DNA from: Alphaproteobacteria bacterium
Lineage (GTDB): Bacteria; Pseudomonadota; Alphaproteobacteria; JACAEB01
Assembly: GCA_024236075.1 (NCBI GenBank)
Contig: JACKLE010000001.1
Span: forward strand, 450,440 to 514,439
Reading direction: 5' to 3'
DNA: 64,000 nt
Shown one piece after another: positions 52,141 through 63,203 of the stretch. Position 1 is the first letter of the stretch, and the number at the start of each line of letters is the position of its first letter. The notes below the pieces were generated by a model. That model was not told the DNA's origin, did not search any database, and saw nothing but the letters and a program-made list of their open reading frames with translations. The translations under genes were made by a program, and so were the position numbers.

Positions 52141-52220
52141 GCTCGAGGCGCGATGGCCGGCGAAAGCCGGCGCGCCTCGCCCGGTGTGGGTTCCTCGAGG
52201 CCTGGAGAGCGCGTGTCCAA

Positions 52221-53363
52221 GTGACCACGTCATCCTCTACCCATGGCGAAGCGCTCGCGCGCACGGCCCTGCATGGGCTGCACGCCGCGCGCGGCGCCCG
52301 TCTGGTGCCCTTCGCGGGCTACGAGATGCCCGTGCAGTACGAGGGCATCCTGGCCGAGCACCTGCACGTGCGCGCGGCCGCCGGCCTCTTCGACGTCTCG
52401 CATATGGGCCAGGCCTCGCTCTTCGGCCCTGGCGACGAGACCGTCGCGCGCGCGCTCGAGGCGCTGATGCCGGGCGACTTCCTCGGCCTCAAGCCGGGCT
52501 TCATCCGCTATTCGATGCTGCTCAGCGATGCGGGCGGCATCTACGACGATCTCATGGTCACGCGGGGGCGCGGCGAGCCGGGCGAGGGGCGCTATCTCCT
52601 CGTCGTCAACGCCGCGCGCAAGAGCTTCGATCTCGCGCATATCGAGGCGGCGCTTCCCAAGGGCGTCACCCTGGTGCGCGAGGAGGAGCGCGCGCTCATC
52701 GCGCTGCAGGGCCCCAAGGCCGCCGCCGTCATGGAAGCGGGCGGCTTCGCGGCGGCTCCGATGGTGTTCATGACGGCGCGGCGCGGCAGCGTGCACGGCG
52801 TTCCGGTCTCGGTGAGCCGCTCCGGCTACACGGGCGAGGACGGCTTCGAAATTTCGGTGCCGGTCGGCGAAGCGACGCGGCTCGCGGAGGCCCTCCTCGC
52901 GCATCCCGACGTGAAGCCCATCGGGCTCGGCGCGCGCGACTCGCTGCGTCTCGAGGCGGGTCTCTGCCTCTACGGCAGCGACATCGACGAGACGACATCG
53001 CCGGTCGAGGCCGGGCTTACCTTCGCGCTTTCGAAGCGGCGGCGCGAGGCAGGCGATTTCCCGGGCGCGGCGCGCATCCTCAAGGAGCTCGAGGAAGGCC
53101 CGGCGCGCCTGCGCGTCGGCATACTGCCCGACGGGCCGGCGCCCGCCCGTGCGCATACGGAGATTCGCGGCGAGGACGGCGCGCCGCTCGGCGAGGTGAC
53201 GAGCGGCGGCTACGCGCCGAGCCTCTCGCGCCCCATCGCCATGGGCTATGTCGCGCGCGGCGCCGCCGCCGACGGCACGCCCCTTGCTCTCATGGTGAGG
53301 GATCGGGCGCGCGCGGCCCATGTCGCGCCCATGCCCTTCGTGCCCCACCGCTACCGACGCTGA
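52221..53363 (+). CDS. gcvT: Glycine cleavage system aminomethyltransferase T
   Basis: GTG 52221 (GGAGAG upstream) gives 380 aa. Motifs LVPFAGYEMPVQY, GLFDVSHMGQ, SRSGYTGEDGFEI, GLGARDSLRLEAG. Confidence 0.92.
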   Translation: MTTSSSTHGEALARTALHGLHAARGARLVPFAGYEMPVQYEGILAEHLHVRAAAGLFDVSHMGQASLFGPGDETVARALEALMPGDFLGLKPGFIRYSMLLSDAGGIYDDLMVTRGRGEPGEGRYLLVVNAARKSFDLAHIEAALPKGVTLVREEERALIALQGPKAAAVMEAGGFAAAPMVFMTARRGSVHGVPVSVSRSGYTGEDGFEISVPVGEATRLAEALLAHPDVKPIGLGARDSLRLEAGLCLYGSDIDETTSPVEAGLTFALSKRRREAGDFPGAARILKELEEGPARLRVGILPDGPAPARAHTEIRGEDGAPLGEVTSGGYAPSLSRPIAMGYVARGAAADGTPLALMVRDRARAAHVAPMPFVPHRYRR

Positions 53364-53381
53364 CGAGGCCCTTTTTCGAGG

Positions 53382-53762
53382 ATGGACCCCGCGATGATCA
53401 AGTTCACCGACCAGCATGAATGGGTGCGCGTGGAGGGCGAGGAGGCCGTCGTCGGCATCACGCCCTATGCGGCCGAACAGCTCGGCGACGTCGTCTTCGT
53501 CGAGCTTCCCGAGGCGGGACGCAAGGTCGACCAGTTCAAGGAGGCAGCGGTCGTCGAGTCGGTCAAGGCCGCCTCCGAGATCTACGCGCCGGTCGGCGGC
53601 GAGGTCGTCGCGGTCAATGCCGCGCTCGCCGAGACGCCCGGCCTCGTCAACGAGGACGCGCTCGGCAAGGGCTGGTTCCTGAAACTGCGCATCCGCGACA
53701 AGGGCGAGCTCGACAAGCTCATGAGCGCGGAAGAGTACGAGACCTATGTGAAGGGCCTTTGA
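53382..53762 (+). CDS. gcvH: Glycine cleavage system H protein
   Basis: The lipoyl-Lys motif [14 protein letters not shown] is present, and the [10 protein letters not shown]-terminus is typical. The start may be ATG 53394. Confidence 0.93.
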   Translation: MDPAMIKFTDQHEWVRVEGEEAVVGITPYAAEQLGDVVFVELPEAGRKVDQFKEAAVVESVKAASEIYAPVGGEVVAVNAALAETPGLVNEDALGKGWFLKLRIRDKGELDKLMSAEEYETYVKGL

Positions 53763-53763
53763 G

Positions 53764-55110
53764 ATGCGTTATCTGCCGCTCAATGCCGAGGACCGGCGCG
53801 CCATGCTGGCGACGATCGGGGTGCGGAGCGTCGATGAGCTCTTCCGCGACGTGCCCAAGGAAGCGCGCCTCGACGAACCGCTCGATCTGCCCCGCCATAT
53901 GGGCGAGCTCGAGGTCGAGCGGGCGCTGACCTCGCTCGCCGCGCAAAGCGTGAGCGCGGGCTCCGTGCCGTTCTTCGTCGGCTGCGGCGCCTATCGCCAT
54001 CACGTCCCGGCCTCGGTCGACCACCTCATTCAGCGCTCGGAGTTTCTGACGGCCTATACGCCCTATCAGCCGGAGATCGCGCAGGGCACGCTGCAATATC
54101 TCTTCGAGTTCCAGACCATGGTGGCCCGCCTTGCCGGCCTCGAGGTCGCGAACGCCTCCATGTACGACGGCTCCACGGCCGCGGGCGAGGCCGTCCAGAT
54201 GGCGGCGCGCGTGACGAAGCGCTCGAAGGCCGTGCTGTCGGGCGGGCTTCACCCGCAATATCGCGATGTCATCGAGACCTATGTGCGCTATCAGGACGAC
54301 GAGATCGTCGCGGCGCCCATGGCGCTCGGGGCCGAGCCCGGCCTTGCCGATCTGATCGACGAGGACACGGCCTGCGTCGTGGTGCAGACGCCGTCCGTGT
54401 TCGGAACGCCGGTCGACCTGCGCCCCATCGCGGCGGCGGCGCATGCGAAGGGCGCGCTTCTCGTCGCCGTGGTGACGGAGGTCGTCTCGCTCGGCCTCCT
54501 CGAAAGCCCCGGCGCGATGGGCGCGGACATCGTGGTGGGCGAGGGGCAGGGGCTCGGCGTCGGCCTCAATTTCGGCGGTCCCTATGTCGGGCTCTTCGCG
54601 ACGCGCGCGAAGTTCCTGCGCCAGATGCCGGGGCGCCTCGCCGGCGAGACGGTCGACGCCGAGGGCCGACCGGGCTATGTGCTCACGCTGTCGACCCGCG
54701 AGCAGCACATTCGCCGCGAGAAGGCGACGAGCAATATCTGCACGAATTCGGGGCTGTGCTGCCTCGCCTTCACGATCCATCTCTCGCTCCTCGGAGAGGC
54801 GGGCTTCACGCGCCTCGCGCGCCTCAACCACGAGGCCGCGATCCGGCTTTCCGACCGGCTCGCGGCGGCGCGCGGCGCCGAGCTCGCGACGCCCGCCTTC
54901 TTCAACGAGTTCACGCTGCGCCTGAAGAAGCCTGCGGCCGGCGTCGTCGAGGCGCTCGCCGCGCGCGGCGTTCTCGGCGGCGTGCCGGCGAGCCGGCTCC
55001 TCCCCGGCGAGACGGCGGCCGAAAATCTCCTCATCGTCGCGGCGACCGAGACGAACACGGACGAAGACATGGAGCGCTTCGCGACGGCGCTCGCGGAGGT
55101 TTTGGCATGA
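53764..55110 (+). CDS. gcvPA: Glycine dehydrogenase (decarboxylating) subunit 1
   Basis: MRYLP....R..ML..IG and [18 protein letters not shown]. 448 aa, as expected for the split P-protein N-terminal subunit. Confidence 0.93.
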   Translation: MRYLPLNAEDRRAMLATIGVRSVDELFRDVPKEARLDEPLDLPRHMGELEVERALTSLAAQSVSAGSVPFFVGCGAYRHHVPASVDHLIQRSEFLTAYTPYQPEIAQGTLQYLFEFQTMVARLAGLEVANASMYDGSTAAGEAVQMAARVTKRSKAVLSGGLHPQYRDVIETYVRYQDDEIVAAPMALGAEPGLADLIDEDTACVVVQTPSVFGTPVDLRPIAAAAHAKGALLVAVVTEVVSLGLLESPGAMGADIVVGEGQGLGVGLNFGGPYVGLFATRAKFLRQMPGRLAGETVDAEGRPGYVLTLSTREQHIRREKATSNICTNSGLCCLAFTIHLSLLGEAGFTRLARLNHEAAIRLSDRLAAARGAELATPAFFNEFTLRLKKPAAGVVEALAARGVLGGVPASRLLPGETAAENLLIVAATETNTDEDMERFATALAEVLA

Positions 55111-56669
55111 GCGACGCGCAAGGCCGTCCGACCCAGCCCGACATCTCGGCCGCCGGAGCCCCGCCCGCCACCTTCTCGGGCGACCGTGGCCTCGCCCTCG
55201 AGGAGGCCTCGATCTTCGCCTTGAGCCGCGCGGGCGTCACGGGCGTCGACCTTCCGGAGCCCAAGGGCGTCGCGCCCCGGCTCGCGGGCCTCGAGCGCAA
55301 AGGCGCGATCGGCCTGCCGGGACTCTCGGAGCCCGAGGTCGTGCGCCATTTCGTGCGCCTCAGCCGGCGCAACTATGCGATCGACCTCGGCGTGTTCCCG
55401 CTCGGCTCGTGCACGATGAAGCACAATCCGCGCCTCAACGAGAAGATGGCGCGGCTTCCGGGCTTCGCGGACCTGCATCCCCTTCAGCCCGTCTCGACGG
55501 TGCAGGGCGCTCTCGGGCTCATCGACAGCCTCGCCCATTGGCTGAAGGTGCTGACCGGGCTTCCTGTCATCGCCATGTCGCCCAAGGCGGGCGCGCATGG
55601 CGAGCTTTGCGGGATGATGGCGATCCGCGCCGCGATCGACGCGCGCGGCGAGCGCCGCCGCCGGGTGCTGGTGCCCGCCTCCGCCCACGGAACGAATCCC
55701 GCGACCGCCGCGCAGTGCGGCTTCGAGGTGGATGAGATCGCGGGCGACGCGACGGGCCGCGTGAGCGCCGCATCGGTCGCCGAGCGGCTGGGGCCCGACG
55801 TCGCCGGCATCATGCTCACCAATCCCAACACCTGCGGGCTCTTCGAGCGCGAGGTGCGCGAGATCGCCGCGCGGGTGCACGAGGCGGGCGGCTATTTCTA
55901 TTGCGACGGCGCGAACTTCAACGCGCTCGTCGGGCGCGTGCGGCCCGGCGATCTCGGCGTCGACGCCATGCACATCAACCTGCACAAGACCTTCTCGACG
56001 CCCCATGGCGGGGGCGGGCCGGGAGCGGGTCCCGTCGCCTTCTCGGAAGCGCTCGCCCCCTTCGCGCCGCGCCCATGGGTCGTGCACGGAGCGGCGGGCT
56101 TCGCCCTCGTCGAGGCGGAAGGCGATGCGAAAGGGGCGAAGCCCTTCGGCCGCCTCACGGCCTTCCATGGGCAGATGGGCATGTTCGTGCGCGCGCTCGC
56201 CTACATGATGAGCCATGGCGGCGACGGCCTTCGGCAGGTGGCCGAGGACGCCGTTCTCAACGCCAACTACGTGATGGCGTGCCTCAAGGACGCGATGAGC
56301 GTGCCCTTCGCGGGCCCCTGCATGCACGAGGCGCTCTTCGACGACGCCTTCCTCGAGGGCACGGGGGTCGCGACCCTCGATTTCGCCAAGGCGCTCATCG
56401 ACGAGGGCTATCATCCGATGACGGTCTATTTCCCGCTCGTCGTGCACGGGGCGATGCTGGTGGAGCCGACCGAGACCGAGTCGAAGGAGAGCCTCGACCG
56501 CTTCATTGCCTCGATGCGGGGCCTCGCGCTCGCGGCGAAGGCGGGCGATGCCGCGCGCTTCAAGGGGGCGCCCTTCTACGCCCCCCGCCGGCGGCTCGAC
56601 GAGACGCAGGCGGCGCGAAAGCCCGTGCTGGTGGCGGCGGAGGCGAGTCCGCGCGCGGCGGCCGAATAG
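55107..56669 (+). CDS. gcvPB: Glycine dehydrogenase (decarboxylating) subunit 2
   Basis: Its ATG overlaps the gcvPA stop (ATGA). Motifs [12 protein letters not shown] and the PLP-Lys region [16 protein letters not shown]. Confidence 0.93.
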   Translation: MSDAQGRPTQPDISAAGAPPATFSGDRGLALEEASIFALSRAGVTGVDLPEPKGVAPRLAGLERKGAIGLPGLSEPEVVRHFVRLSRRNYAIDLGVFPLGSCTMKHNPRLNEKMARLPGFADLHPLQPVSTVQGALGLIDSLAHWLKVLTGLPVIAMSPKAGAHGELCGMMAIRAAIDARGERRRRVLVPASAHGTNPATAAQCGFEVDEIAGDATGRVSAASVAERLGPDVAGIMLTNPNTCGLFEREVREIAARVHEAGGYFYCDGANFNALVGRVRPGDLGVDAMHINLHKTFSTPHGGGGPGAGPVAFSEALAPFAPRPWVVHGAAGFALVEAEGDAKGAKPFGRLTAFHGQMGMFVRALAYMMSHGGDGLRQVAEDAVLNANYVMACLKDAMSVPFAGPCMHEALFDDAFLEGTGVATLDFAKALIDEGYHPMTVYFPLVVHGAMLVEPTETESKESLDRFIASMRGLALAAKAGDAARFKGAPFYAPRRRLDETQAARKPVLVAAEASPRAAAE

Positions 56670-56942
56670 CTCCGAAAGACCTGCTTCCGAGGAGCAGGCC
56701 GCTCCAAACCGCGAGCGACGCCACACCGTCGAGCCCATTCCGTGCCCGGATTGGGACCGGGACTTGCGAACGGCGCCGCCGGACTCCGGCATCCGGGGTT
56801 GCGGCGATGGCGGCCCCAAGAACGGCCGTCACCCCGCGCTTGAGGCGCGGGATCCATAGCCATCGGCGCCGCGATCGTGGGTCCCGCGGTCACGCCGCGG
56901 GATGACCGTCGCGATCGGGGCGAGCCCGCGCCGCCGGCGCGA

Positions 56943-57449
56943 TCAGTTCAGCCGGCCCTTGAGCTCGTCGATCGAGCGGGCGATGACCTCGGCATCCTCG
57001 GTCGGACCGATGCGGTCGGCGACGAGGCGGCGCGACGCCGCTATGGCGAGGTCGGTCGCGACGGCGCGCACCTCGGCGACGGCGTCGTTCTGGGCCTGGA
57101 CGATCTTCGCCTCGGCCATCTTGGTGCGCCGCTCCACCTGCGCGGCGAGCGCGGCGCGGCTCTCCTCGGCGAAGCGCTTCGCCTCGGCCTTGGCGCGCTC
57201 GACGATGGCTTCCGCCTCCTTCTCGGCGTCGCGCTGCTTGCGCTGATAGGTCGCGAGCAGAGCCTGCGCCTCCTCGCGCAGCGAGCGCGCGTCGTCGAGC
57301 TCCTTGCGGATTTTCGCCGCGCGCTCGTCGAGGGTGCGCGCGACCATCTTCGGCGCGCCGGTCAGCATGAGGACGATGAGGAAGAGGACGAGGCCGACGA
57401 GCGCATAGAACGTCGCATCGAAGGCGAAGGCGGCGGCGTGCTCTTCCAT
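56943..57449 (-). CDS. atpF: F0F1 ATP synthase subunit B
   Basis: 168 aa with a single N-terminal TM helix and then a long charged helix. It is last in the atpI-B-E-F'-F order. Confidence 0.85.
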   Translation of the reverse strand: MEEHAAAFAFDATFYALVGLVLFLIVLMLTGAPKMVARTLDERAAKIRKELDDARSLREEAQALLATYQRKQRDAEKEAEAIVERAKAEAKRFAEESRAALAAQVERRTKMAEAKIVQAQNDAVAEVRAVATDLAIAASRRLVADRIGPTEDAEVIARSIDELKGRLN

Positions 57450-57469
57450 GGCGTCGTGCCCCTGATCCC

Positions 57470-58045
57470 TCAGCGCCGGGCGCTGAACTCGGCGTCGATG
57501 TAGCGGCCCGCCGTCTCGCGGTCGACCGCCTGGCCGAGCACCTGCTCGATGATGGCGACCATCGCCTCGCTCGCGATGCCGCGCACGCGCGCGAGCGCGT
57601 TCTCCTTCATCGCGTCGATGCTCGCCTCGGCCTCGGAAAGCTTGAGCTTGAGATCGGCGTCGGTCTCCGCCTTCAGGGCGTCGATCTCGCCCGTGATCCG
57701 CCCGCGCGTCTCGTTGGCGATGGCGAGCGCCTTGGTGCGGGCCTCGGCGAGCGCGGCCTCGTAGGCCGCGATGGCGGCCTCCGATTCGGCGCGCAGCTCC
57801 TCGGCCTTGTCGAGATCCGTCGCGATCCGGAGCCGGCGCTCCTCGAGCACGCCCGCGATGCGCGGGAGCGCGACGCGCGACATCATCACGTAGAGCGCGC
57901 CGAAGGCGATGACGAGCCAGAAGATCTGCGAGGGGAAATAGGTCGGGTCGAACGGGGGAAAGCTCCCCGAATGACCCGCGTCCCCATGCGCGACCGTCGC
58001 GGTCTCGACCGTGGCGTCGTGCGCGTCGTGATCGGTCTCAGCCAT
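57470..58045 (-). CDS. F0F1 ATP synthase subunit B'
   Basis: 191 aa. The sequence FPPFDPTYFPSQIFWLVIAFGALYVMMSRVALPRI is the typical b' N-terminus of alphaproteobacteria. Confidence 0.85.
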   Translation of the reverse strand: MAETDHDAHDATVETATVAHGDAGHSGSFPPFDPTYFPSQIFWLVIAFGALYVMMSRVALPRIAGVLEERRLRIATDLDKAEELRAESEAAIAAYEAALAEARTKALAIANETRGRITGEIDALKAETDADLKLKLSEAEASIDAMKENALARVRGIASEAMVAIIEQVLGQAVDRETAGRYIDAEFSARR

Positions 58046-58069
58046 GCCTCAAGGCCCTGCCTTCGCGCC

Positions 58070-58300
58070 TCAGACGGGCACGAAGAGAAGGATGAGGGCG
58101 ATGAGGAGGCCGAAGATGCCCATGGCTTCCGAGAGGGCGACGCCCACGAAGAGCATGCCCGTCTGGCTGCCGGCGGCGCCCGGATTGCGCAGCGCGCCCT
58201 GCAGGAAGTTGCCGAAGATGACGCCCACGCCGATACCGGCGCCCGCCATCCCCATCGTCGCAAGGCCTGCGCCGATCATTTTTGCGGCTTCGGGTTCCAT
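58070..58300 (-). CDS. atpE: F0F1 ATP synthase subunit C
   Basis: 76-aa hairpin proteolipid ([14 protein letters not shown]...[11 protein letters not shown]) with the conserved carboxylate. Confidence 0.95.
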   Translation of the reverse strand: MEPEAAKMIGAGLATMGMAGAGIGVGVIFGNFLQGALRNPGAAGSQTGMLFVGVALSEAMGIFGLLIALILLFVPV

Positions 58301-58352
58301 GGCTCGATGCTCCTGTTTGAAGTGCTTCTGAAGTCGGGACCGCAGCGGATGC

Positions 58353-59105
58353 TCAGTGCCCGGGGTGAATCGCGTCGTTGAGATAGACGCAGGTGAGGAT
58401 GGCGAAGACGAAGGCCTGAAGGAAGGCGACGAGAAACTCGAGCGCGGTGAGCGCCACGGTCATGAGCAGCGGCAGCCCGGCGGCCGGAACGCCCCACCAG
58501 GCCTCGACGGCGGCGAGTGTCGCGACGAAGCCCGCGAAGACCTTGAGCGTGATGTGGCCGGCCAGGACGTTGGCGAAAAGCCGCAGGGAGAGGCTCACGG
58601 GCCGCACGAGGAACGAGAAGATCTCGATCGGAACGAGCAGCGGCAGCATGACCCACGGCACGCCCTTGGGGACGAACAGCCCCAGGAAGTGCAGGCCGTG
58701 CTTGTAGAAGCCGTAGAAGACGACGATCCCGATGACGAGCAGCGCCATCACCGCCGTGATCACGATATGGCTCGTGAAGGTGAAGGCGTAGGGGAACATC
58801 CCCACCATGTTGGCGAAGAGGATGAAGACGAACAGCGTGAAGACGAGGGGAAAGAACTTCATCCCGTCCGAGCCCGCCGTACTTCGCACCATGTCGGCGA
58901 TGAAGCCGTAGATGAGCTCGGTCACGGACTGCACGCGGCCGGGAACGAGCGCCCGCCCACCCATGCTCATGGTCAGGAAAACGGTCAGGGCCGCCGCCGC
59001 GCCGAGCATGTAGAGCCCGGAATTGGTGAGGGATACGTCGAGCCCCCCGATCTCGAGCGGGACGATCGGCTTGATCTGGAACTGATGGATCGGATCGTTC
59101 GACAC
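58353..59105 (-). CDS. atpB: F0F1 ATP synthase subunit A
   Basis: 250 aa, polytopic, with the essential Arg motif ([14 protein letters not shown]). Confidence 0.95.
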   Translation of the reverse strand: MSNDPIHQFQIKPIVPLEIGGLDVSLTNSGLYMLGAAAALTVFLTMSMGGRALVPGRVQSVTELIYGFIADMVRSTAGSDGMKFFPLVFTLFVFILFANMVGMFPYAFTFTSHIVITAVMALLVIGIVVFYGFYKHGLHFLGLFVPKGVPWVMLPLLVPIEIFSFLVRPVSLSLRLFANVLAGHITLKVFAGFVATLAAVEAWWGVPAAGLPLLMTVALTALEFLVAFLQAFVFAILTCVYLNDAIHPGH

Positions 59106-59162
59106 GCCGGTCTCGCTTCAGTGGGGCCGCTGCCCCGTAAAGATCGGTTCGGCTCGGGGCGC

Positions 59163-59495
59163 CTAGCGGCCGTTGCCGTCGTTCCGCTTCTCGGACCGGA
59201 TGCCGGCCCGCGCGACGTTGAGAAAGCCCCCCGCCACGCCGAAGACGAAGCAGAGGATGAAGAGCCAGGGCGAAGTCCCCAGCAGATAGTCAAGACCGTA
59301 GCCCACGAGGGCCCCGACGATCGCGCCCGCCACGAGCTCCGTAGACAGACGGAACGCAACCGCCACCCCACTGCGATCGGCCGCGGGCTTATTGCCCTCG
59401 TCGGCCTTTCGGGCCGCGCGCAGGCCGCGCTCCAGCTCCCTGAGCCGGTCGCCGTCCCCATCCGGTCCGCCGCCGGGTCGGTCCTGATCGGACAT
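59163..59495 (-). CDS. atpI: AtpZ/AtpI-family ATP synthase protein I
   Basis: ATG 59493-59495 has GGAGGA 5 nt upstream. It is a small two-TM protein directly upstream of atpB. Confidence 0.7.
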   Translation of the reverse strand: MSDQDRPGGGPDGDGDRLRELERGLRAARKADEGNKPAADRSGVAVAFRLSTELVAGAIVGALVGYGLDYLLGTSPWLFILCFVFGVAGGFLNVARAGIRSEKRNDGNGR

Positions 59496-59576
59496 GGCCG
59501 TCCTCCGGGACTTCATCCCTGCCGCAAGCCCGTGTTCGCGCTAGTGGAATCGCGCCCCGTCGCCCAAGCGCGGCGG

Positions 59577-59605
59577 AAGCTAAAGGGCATGCTGCAGTGT
59601 GTCAA
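59577..59605 (-). promoter_or_regulatory. Sigma70-type promoter candidate for the atpI-B-E-F'-F operon
   Basis: Minus strand: TTGACA (59605-59600), a 17-nt spacer, then TAGCTT (59582-59577), about 80 nt upstream of atpI. Confidence 0.4.
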
Positions 59606-59647
59606 GAAAAGCGTCCGCCCCGCGCAATTGCGCCGCAGGGCGCGCCC

Positions 59648-62600
59648 TCAGCCGGCTAGGGCGACGCGCTCGGCATCGGCGAGATCGACCGAGACGAGCT
59701 GGCTGACGCCGCGCTCCGCCATGGTGACCCCGAAGAGGCGGTCGAGCCGCGACATGGTGAGCGGGTGGTGCGTGATGACGAGGAAGCGCGTCTCCGTGAG
59801 GCGGCGCATCTCGTCGAGCAGATTGCAGAAGCGGTCCACATTGGCGTCGTCGAGCGGCGCGTCGACCTCGTCGAGCACGCAGATCGGCGCCGGATTCGTG
59901 AGGAAGACCGCGAATATGAGCGACATGGCGGTCAAGGCCTGCTCGCCGCCCGACAAAAGCGACATGGTCTGAAGCCGCTTGCCGGGAGGGCGGGCGAAAA
60001 TCTCGAGGCCCGCCTGGAGGGGATCGTCGGCCTCGGTGAGCTTCAGCTCCGCCGCGCCGCCGTTGAAGAGGCGGGTGAAGAGCTGCTCGAAATGGGCGCG
60101 CACGGCCTCGAACGCCTCGCTCAGGCGTTCCCGGCCTTCCTTGTTGAGGCTCGAGATCGCCTGGCGCAGACGGTCGATCGCCTCCTCCAGATCGTGCCTC
60201 TCGGCATTGAGCTCGTTGAGGCGCGTCTCGCACTCTTCCGCTTCGATCTCGGCACGGAGATTGACTGCGCCCAGGGCCTCGCGGTCGCGGCGGAAGCGGT
60301 CGAGCTGGCCCTCGATCTCCGAAAGCTCCGGCAGGCCGTCGAGGCTCTCGATGCCGGCCTTGGAGAGCGCCTCTTCCGGCGCGCAGTCGAAGGCCTCGCG
60401 GATGCGCTCGGCGCTCTCGGCGAGGCGCTGGCGATGGCCCTGCAGCGTCGCCTCCTCGCGGGCGCGCGCAAGGCCGATCTCGTGGGCGGCGGCCTCGGCG
60501 GCGCGGTGAGCCTCGCGGGCGGCGCGGTGCGCGGCCTCGCCTTCGGCGAGACGGTCGCCGGCCTCCCGGCGCGCGGCCTCCGCCTCGGCGAAAGTCTCGC
60601 CGAGCGACCGGAGATTTGCAGCGATCTCGTCCGGCACGGCGCGAGCGCGCTCGAGCGCGCCCTTGAGGCCGCCCGCCCGCTCGGTGAGGCGCGCGCTCTG
60701 CGCGAGGGCCCGCTCGATGCGCTCCTTCCAGGCCCGCGTCTCCTCGGCGATGGCCTGCTGCCGGGAGCGTCGCATCTCGCCGTCGCGCTTCAGCGTGTCG
60801 AGCGCGACCTGCGCGGCGGAGGAGGCCGCGCGGGCCTCGGCGGTCTCGAGCTGCGCGGCCTCGGCGGCGGCCTTGAGGGCCTCTCCGTCGGGCAGTCGCC
60901 CGAGCGTGCCTTCGGCCGCGCTCAACGCCTCGGACACGTCGGACTGCTCGGCCCGCAGGTGCTGGAGCTCGGCCGTGAGCCCGGACAGGCGCTCGCGCGC
61001 ACCGGCCGCGGCCCGCTCGGCGGCCCCGAGCTTCGCGCGCGCCCTGGCGAGCTCTCCCTCGGCGGCGCGCAGGGCTGCGCGCGCCTCGCGCTCGGCGAGG
61101 AGCGTCGCCTCGCCGGCGCGGCGGGCGGCGTCATGGCCGTCGCGGGCGGCGCGGGCGGCCGCTTCCGCATTGGGCAGCGCCTGCTCGAGCTCCTTCAGCC
61201 GGTTGCGCTGGGCGAGACGCTGGGCGGCGGGCGTCGGCGCCTCGGCGCTCACGGCAAACCCGTCCCAGCGCCAGAGATCGCCGCGGCGCGAGACCAGCCG
61301 CTGGCCCGGCTTGAGGCGCGCCTGAAGGAAGCCGCCCTGTCCGTCCTCGACGACGCCGACCTGGGAGAGGCGGCGGTCGAGCGCCGTCGGCGCGTCGACG
61401 AGCGCGGAGAGCGGCACGGCGCCCTCCGGCAGAGGCGGGAAGGGCGCGCCCGGCGGCAGCGTGCGCCAGTGGAGCGGCGCGGCCTCGTCGGTCGACGCGT
61501 TGAGGTCGTCGCCGAGCGCGGCGCCCAGCGCCGCCTCGAAGCCCGGCGCGACCGTGAGCTGGTCGACGACCGGCGGCCAGAGCGCGCCGGCCTCGAGCTT
61601 CAGGAGCGCGACCAGCGCCTCCGCCTCGGCCTTGAGCCTCGCGACCTGCCGGTCGGCCTCGGAGAGCGGACCGCGGGCCGTGCGCTCGTCGGTCTCCGCG
61701 GCTTCGCGCGCGGTCTCCGCGCCGCGAACCGTCCCGGCGCGCTCCTCGACCAGCCGCTCGGCGCTCTCGACCTCGGCGCGAGCCGCGAGGGAGAGAGCCT
61801 CCGCCTCGCGGTCGGCGCCGGCCGTCGCGAGCTCGGCCTCGCGCGCGGCGAGGCGTTCGGCAAGTCGGGTCGCCCGCGCGGAAAGCTCGGCGAGGCGGGC
61901 GCGGGCCGCCTGCTCGTCGGCGCGGGCCCTCGCGAGCGCGTCGCGGGCATTGTCGAGCGCGTGCTCGGCGGCGGCGAGGCGCGCGCGCGCGGCCATGGCG
62001 GCCTCCTCCCCGCGTGTCAGCGGTTCGGCGGCGCCTTCCTCGGCGGCGTGCAGCGCGCGCTCCTCCTCGGCGAGGCGTGTGAGGACGCTCTCGCCGTCCG
62101 CAAGGAAGGTGCGCTCGCGATTGAGATCCTCGAACGCGGTGCGCAGATCGGCCTCGAGCCGCGCGATCTCGGCCTGGGCCCGGCGCCCGCTCTCCTCGAG
62201 ACGCTCGCGCTCCAGCCCGAGGCGCTGGTGGCGCGCCGCGGCCTCGGCGTCGGCCGCCCGCAGGGGCGTCAGCGCCGCCTGGGACTCGTCCTCGGCGGCG
62301 GCGGCCTGGGAAAGGCGCAAGGTGGCCTCGGCCCCGTCGCGCTCGAGCGTGCGCAGGCTCGCTTCCGCCTCGAGCGCGGCGGCGCCCGCCTCAGCCCAGC
62401 GGGCATGAAGCACCAGCGCCTCGAGCCGCGCGATCTGCTCGCTGAGCCGGCGATAGCGTGTCGCCTGGCGGGCCTGGCGCTTCAGTCCCGAAAGCTGCGC
62501 CTCGATCTGCTGCACCACGTCCTCGACGCGGGCGAGATTGGCCTCGGCGGCCTTCAGCTTGAGCTCCGCCTCGTGACGGCGGGCATGGAGGCCGGCAATG

Positions 62601-63106
62601 CCCGCCGCCTCCTCGAGCACCATGCGCCGCTCGACGGGCTTCGCGTTGATGAGCTGGCCGATCTGGCCCTGCCGCACGAAGGCGGTCGAGTGCGGGCCCG
62701 AGGCGATGTCGGCGAAGAAGGTCTGCACGTCGCGCGCGCGCACTTCCTGGCCGTTGAAGCGGTAGGTGGAGCCGAGCTCCCGCGCGATGCGGCGTGCGAC
62801 CTCGAGCTCGGTGGCCTCGTTGAAGCCGGCCGGCGCCCGGCGGTCGTTGTTCTCGAGGGTGAGGCTCACCTCGGCATAGTTGCGCGCCGGCCGGGCGGAG
62901 GCTCCGGCGAAGATCACATCCTCCATGCCGCTGCCGCGCATGCGCTTGGGCGAGTTCTCGCCCATCACCCAGCGCAGGGCCTCGACGAGGTTCGACTTGC
63001 CGCAGCCGTTCGGCCCCACGATGCCCGTGAGCCCGGGCTCGATGGGCAGCTCGGTCGCATCGCAGAACGATTTGAATCCGGAGAGGCGGAGACGCGTGAC
63101 TTTCAC
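59648..63106 (-). CDS. smc: Chromosome segregation protein SMC
   Basis: 1152 aa. N-terminal Walker A (GPNGCGKSN), long Ala/Glu/Arg-rich coiled coils with a central hinge, and a C-terminal signature with Walker B (LSGGEQALTAMSLIFAVF...CVLDEVDAPLDDAN). Confidence 0.96.
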   Translation of the reverse strand: MKVTRLRLSGFKSFCDATELPIEPGLTGIVGPNGCGKSNLVEALRWVMGENSPKRMRGSGMEDVIFAGASARPARNYAEVSLTLENNDRRAPAGFNEATELEVARRIARELGSTYRFNGQEVRARDVQTFFADIASGPHSTAFVRQGQIGQLINAKPVERRMVLEEAAGIAGLHARRHEAELKLKAAEANLARVEDVVQQIEAQLSGLKRQARQATRYRRLSEQIARLEALVLHARWAEAGAAALEAEASLRTLERDGAEATLRLSQAAAAEDESQAALTPLRAADAEAAARHQRLGLERERLEESGRRAQAEIARLEADLRTAFEDLNRERTFLADGESVLTRLAEEERALHAAEEGAAEPLTRGEEAAMAARARLAAAEHALDNARDALARARADEQAARARLAELSARATRLAERLAAREAELATAGADREAEALSLAARAEVESAERLVEERAGTVRGAETAREAAETDERTARGPLSEADRQVARLKAEAEALVALLKLEAGALWPPVVDQLTVAPGFEAALGAALGDDLNASTDEAAPLHWRTLPPGAPFPPLPEGAVPLSALVDAPTALDRRLSQVGVVEDGQGGFLQARLKPGQRLVSRRGDLWRWDGFAVSAEAPTPAAQRLAQRNRLKELEQALPNAEAAARAARDGHDAARRAGEATLLAEREARAALRAAEGELARARAKLGAAERAAAGARERLSGLTAELQHLRAEQSDVSEALSAAEGTLGRLPDGEALKAAAEAAQLETAEARAASSAAQVALDTLKRDGEMRRSRQQAIAEETRAWKERIERALAQSARLTERAGGLKGALERARAVPDEIAANLRSLGETFAEAEAARREAGDRLAEGEAAHRAAREAHRAAEAAAHEIGLARAREEATLQGHRQRLAESAERIREAFDCAPEEALSKAGIESLDGLPELSEIEGQLDRFRRDREALGAVNLRAEIEAEECETRLNELNAERHDLEEAIDRLRQAISSLNKEGRERLSEAFEAVRAHFEQLFTRLFNGGAAELKLTEADDPLQAGLEIFARPPGKRLQTMSLLSGGEQALTAMSLIFAVFLTNPAPICVLDEVDAPLDDANVDRFCNLLDEMRRLTETRFLVITHHPLTMSRLDRLFGVTMAERGVSQLVSVDLADAERVALAG

Positions 63107-63203
63107 GTGCGCTCAAGGCTCCAACGCGGCGCGGGGAAGGCCTGCCCCGGATAGACGGATTCGCGGGGCCCCACAACGCCGGGCATGCGGTGCGGCGCGG
63201 CGC

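Noticed and set aside
49961-53419. A 1152-aa plus-strand ORF running through argS, the riboswitch and gcvT
   Set aside because: It is an off-frame read-through of two well-supported genes and a structured RNA. Its translation is overwhelmingly Arg/Ala/Gly/Pro.
59765-63154. A 1129-aa plus-strand ORF opposite smc
   Set aside because: It is antisense to SMC, which has clear Walker A, signature and Walker B motifs. The ORF's composition is low-complexity Arg/Gly/Ala/Leu, so it is a high-GC artefact.
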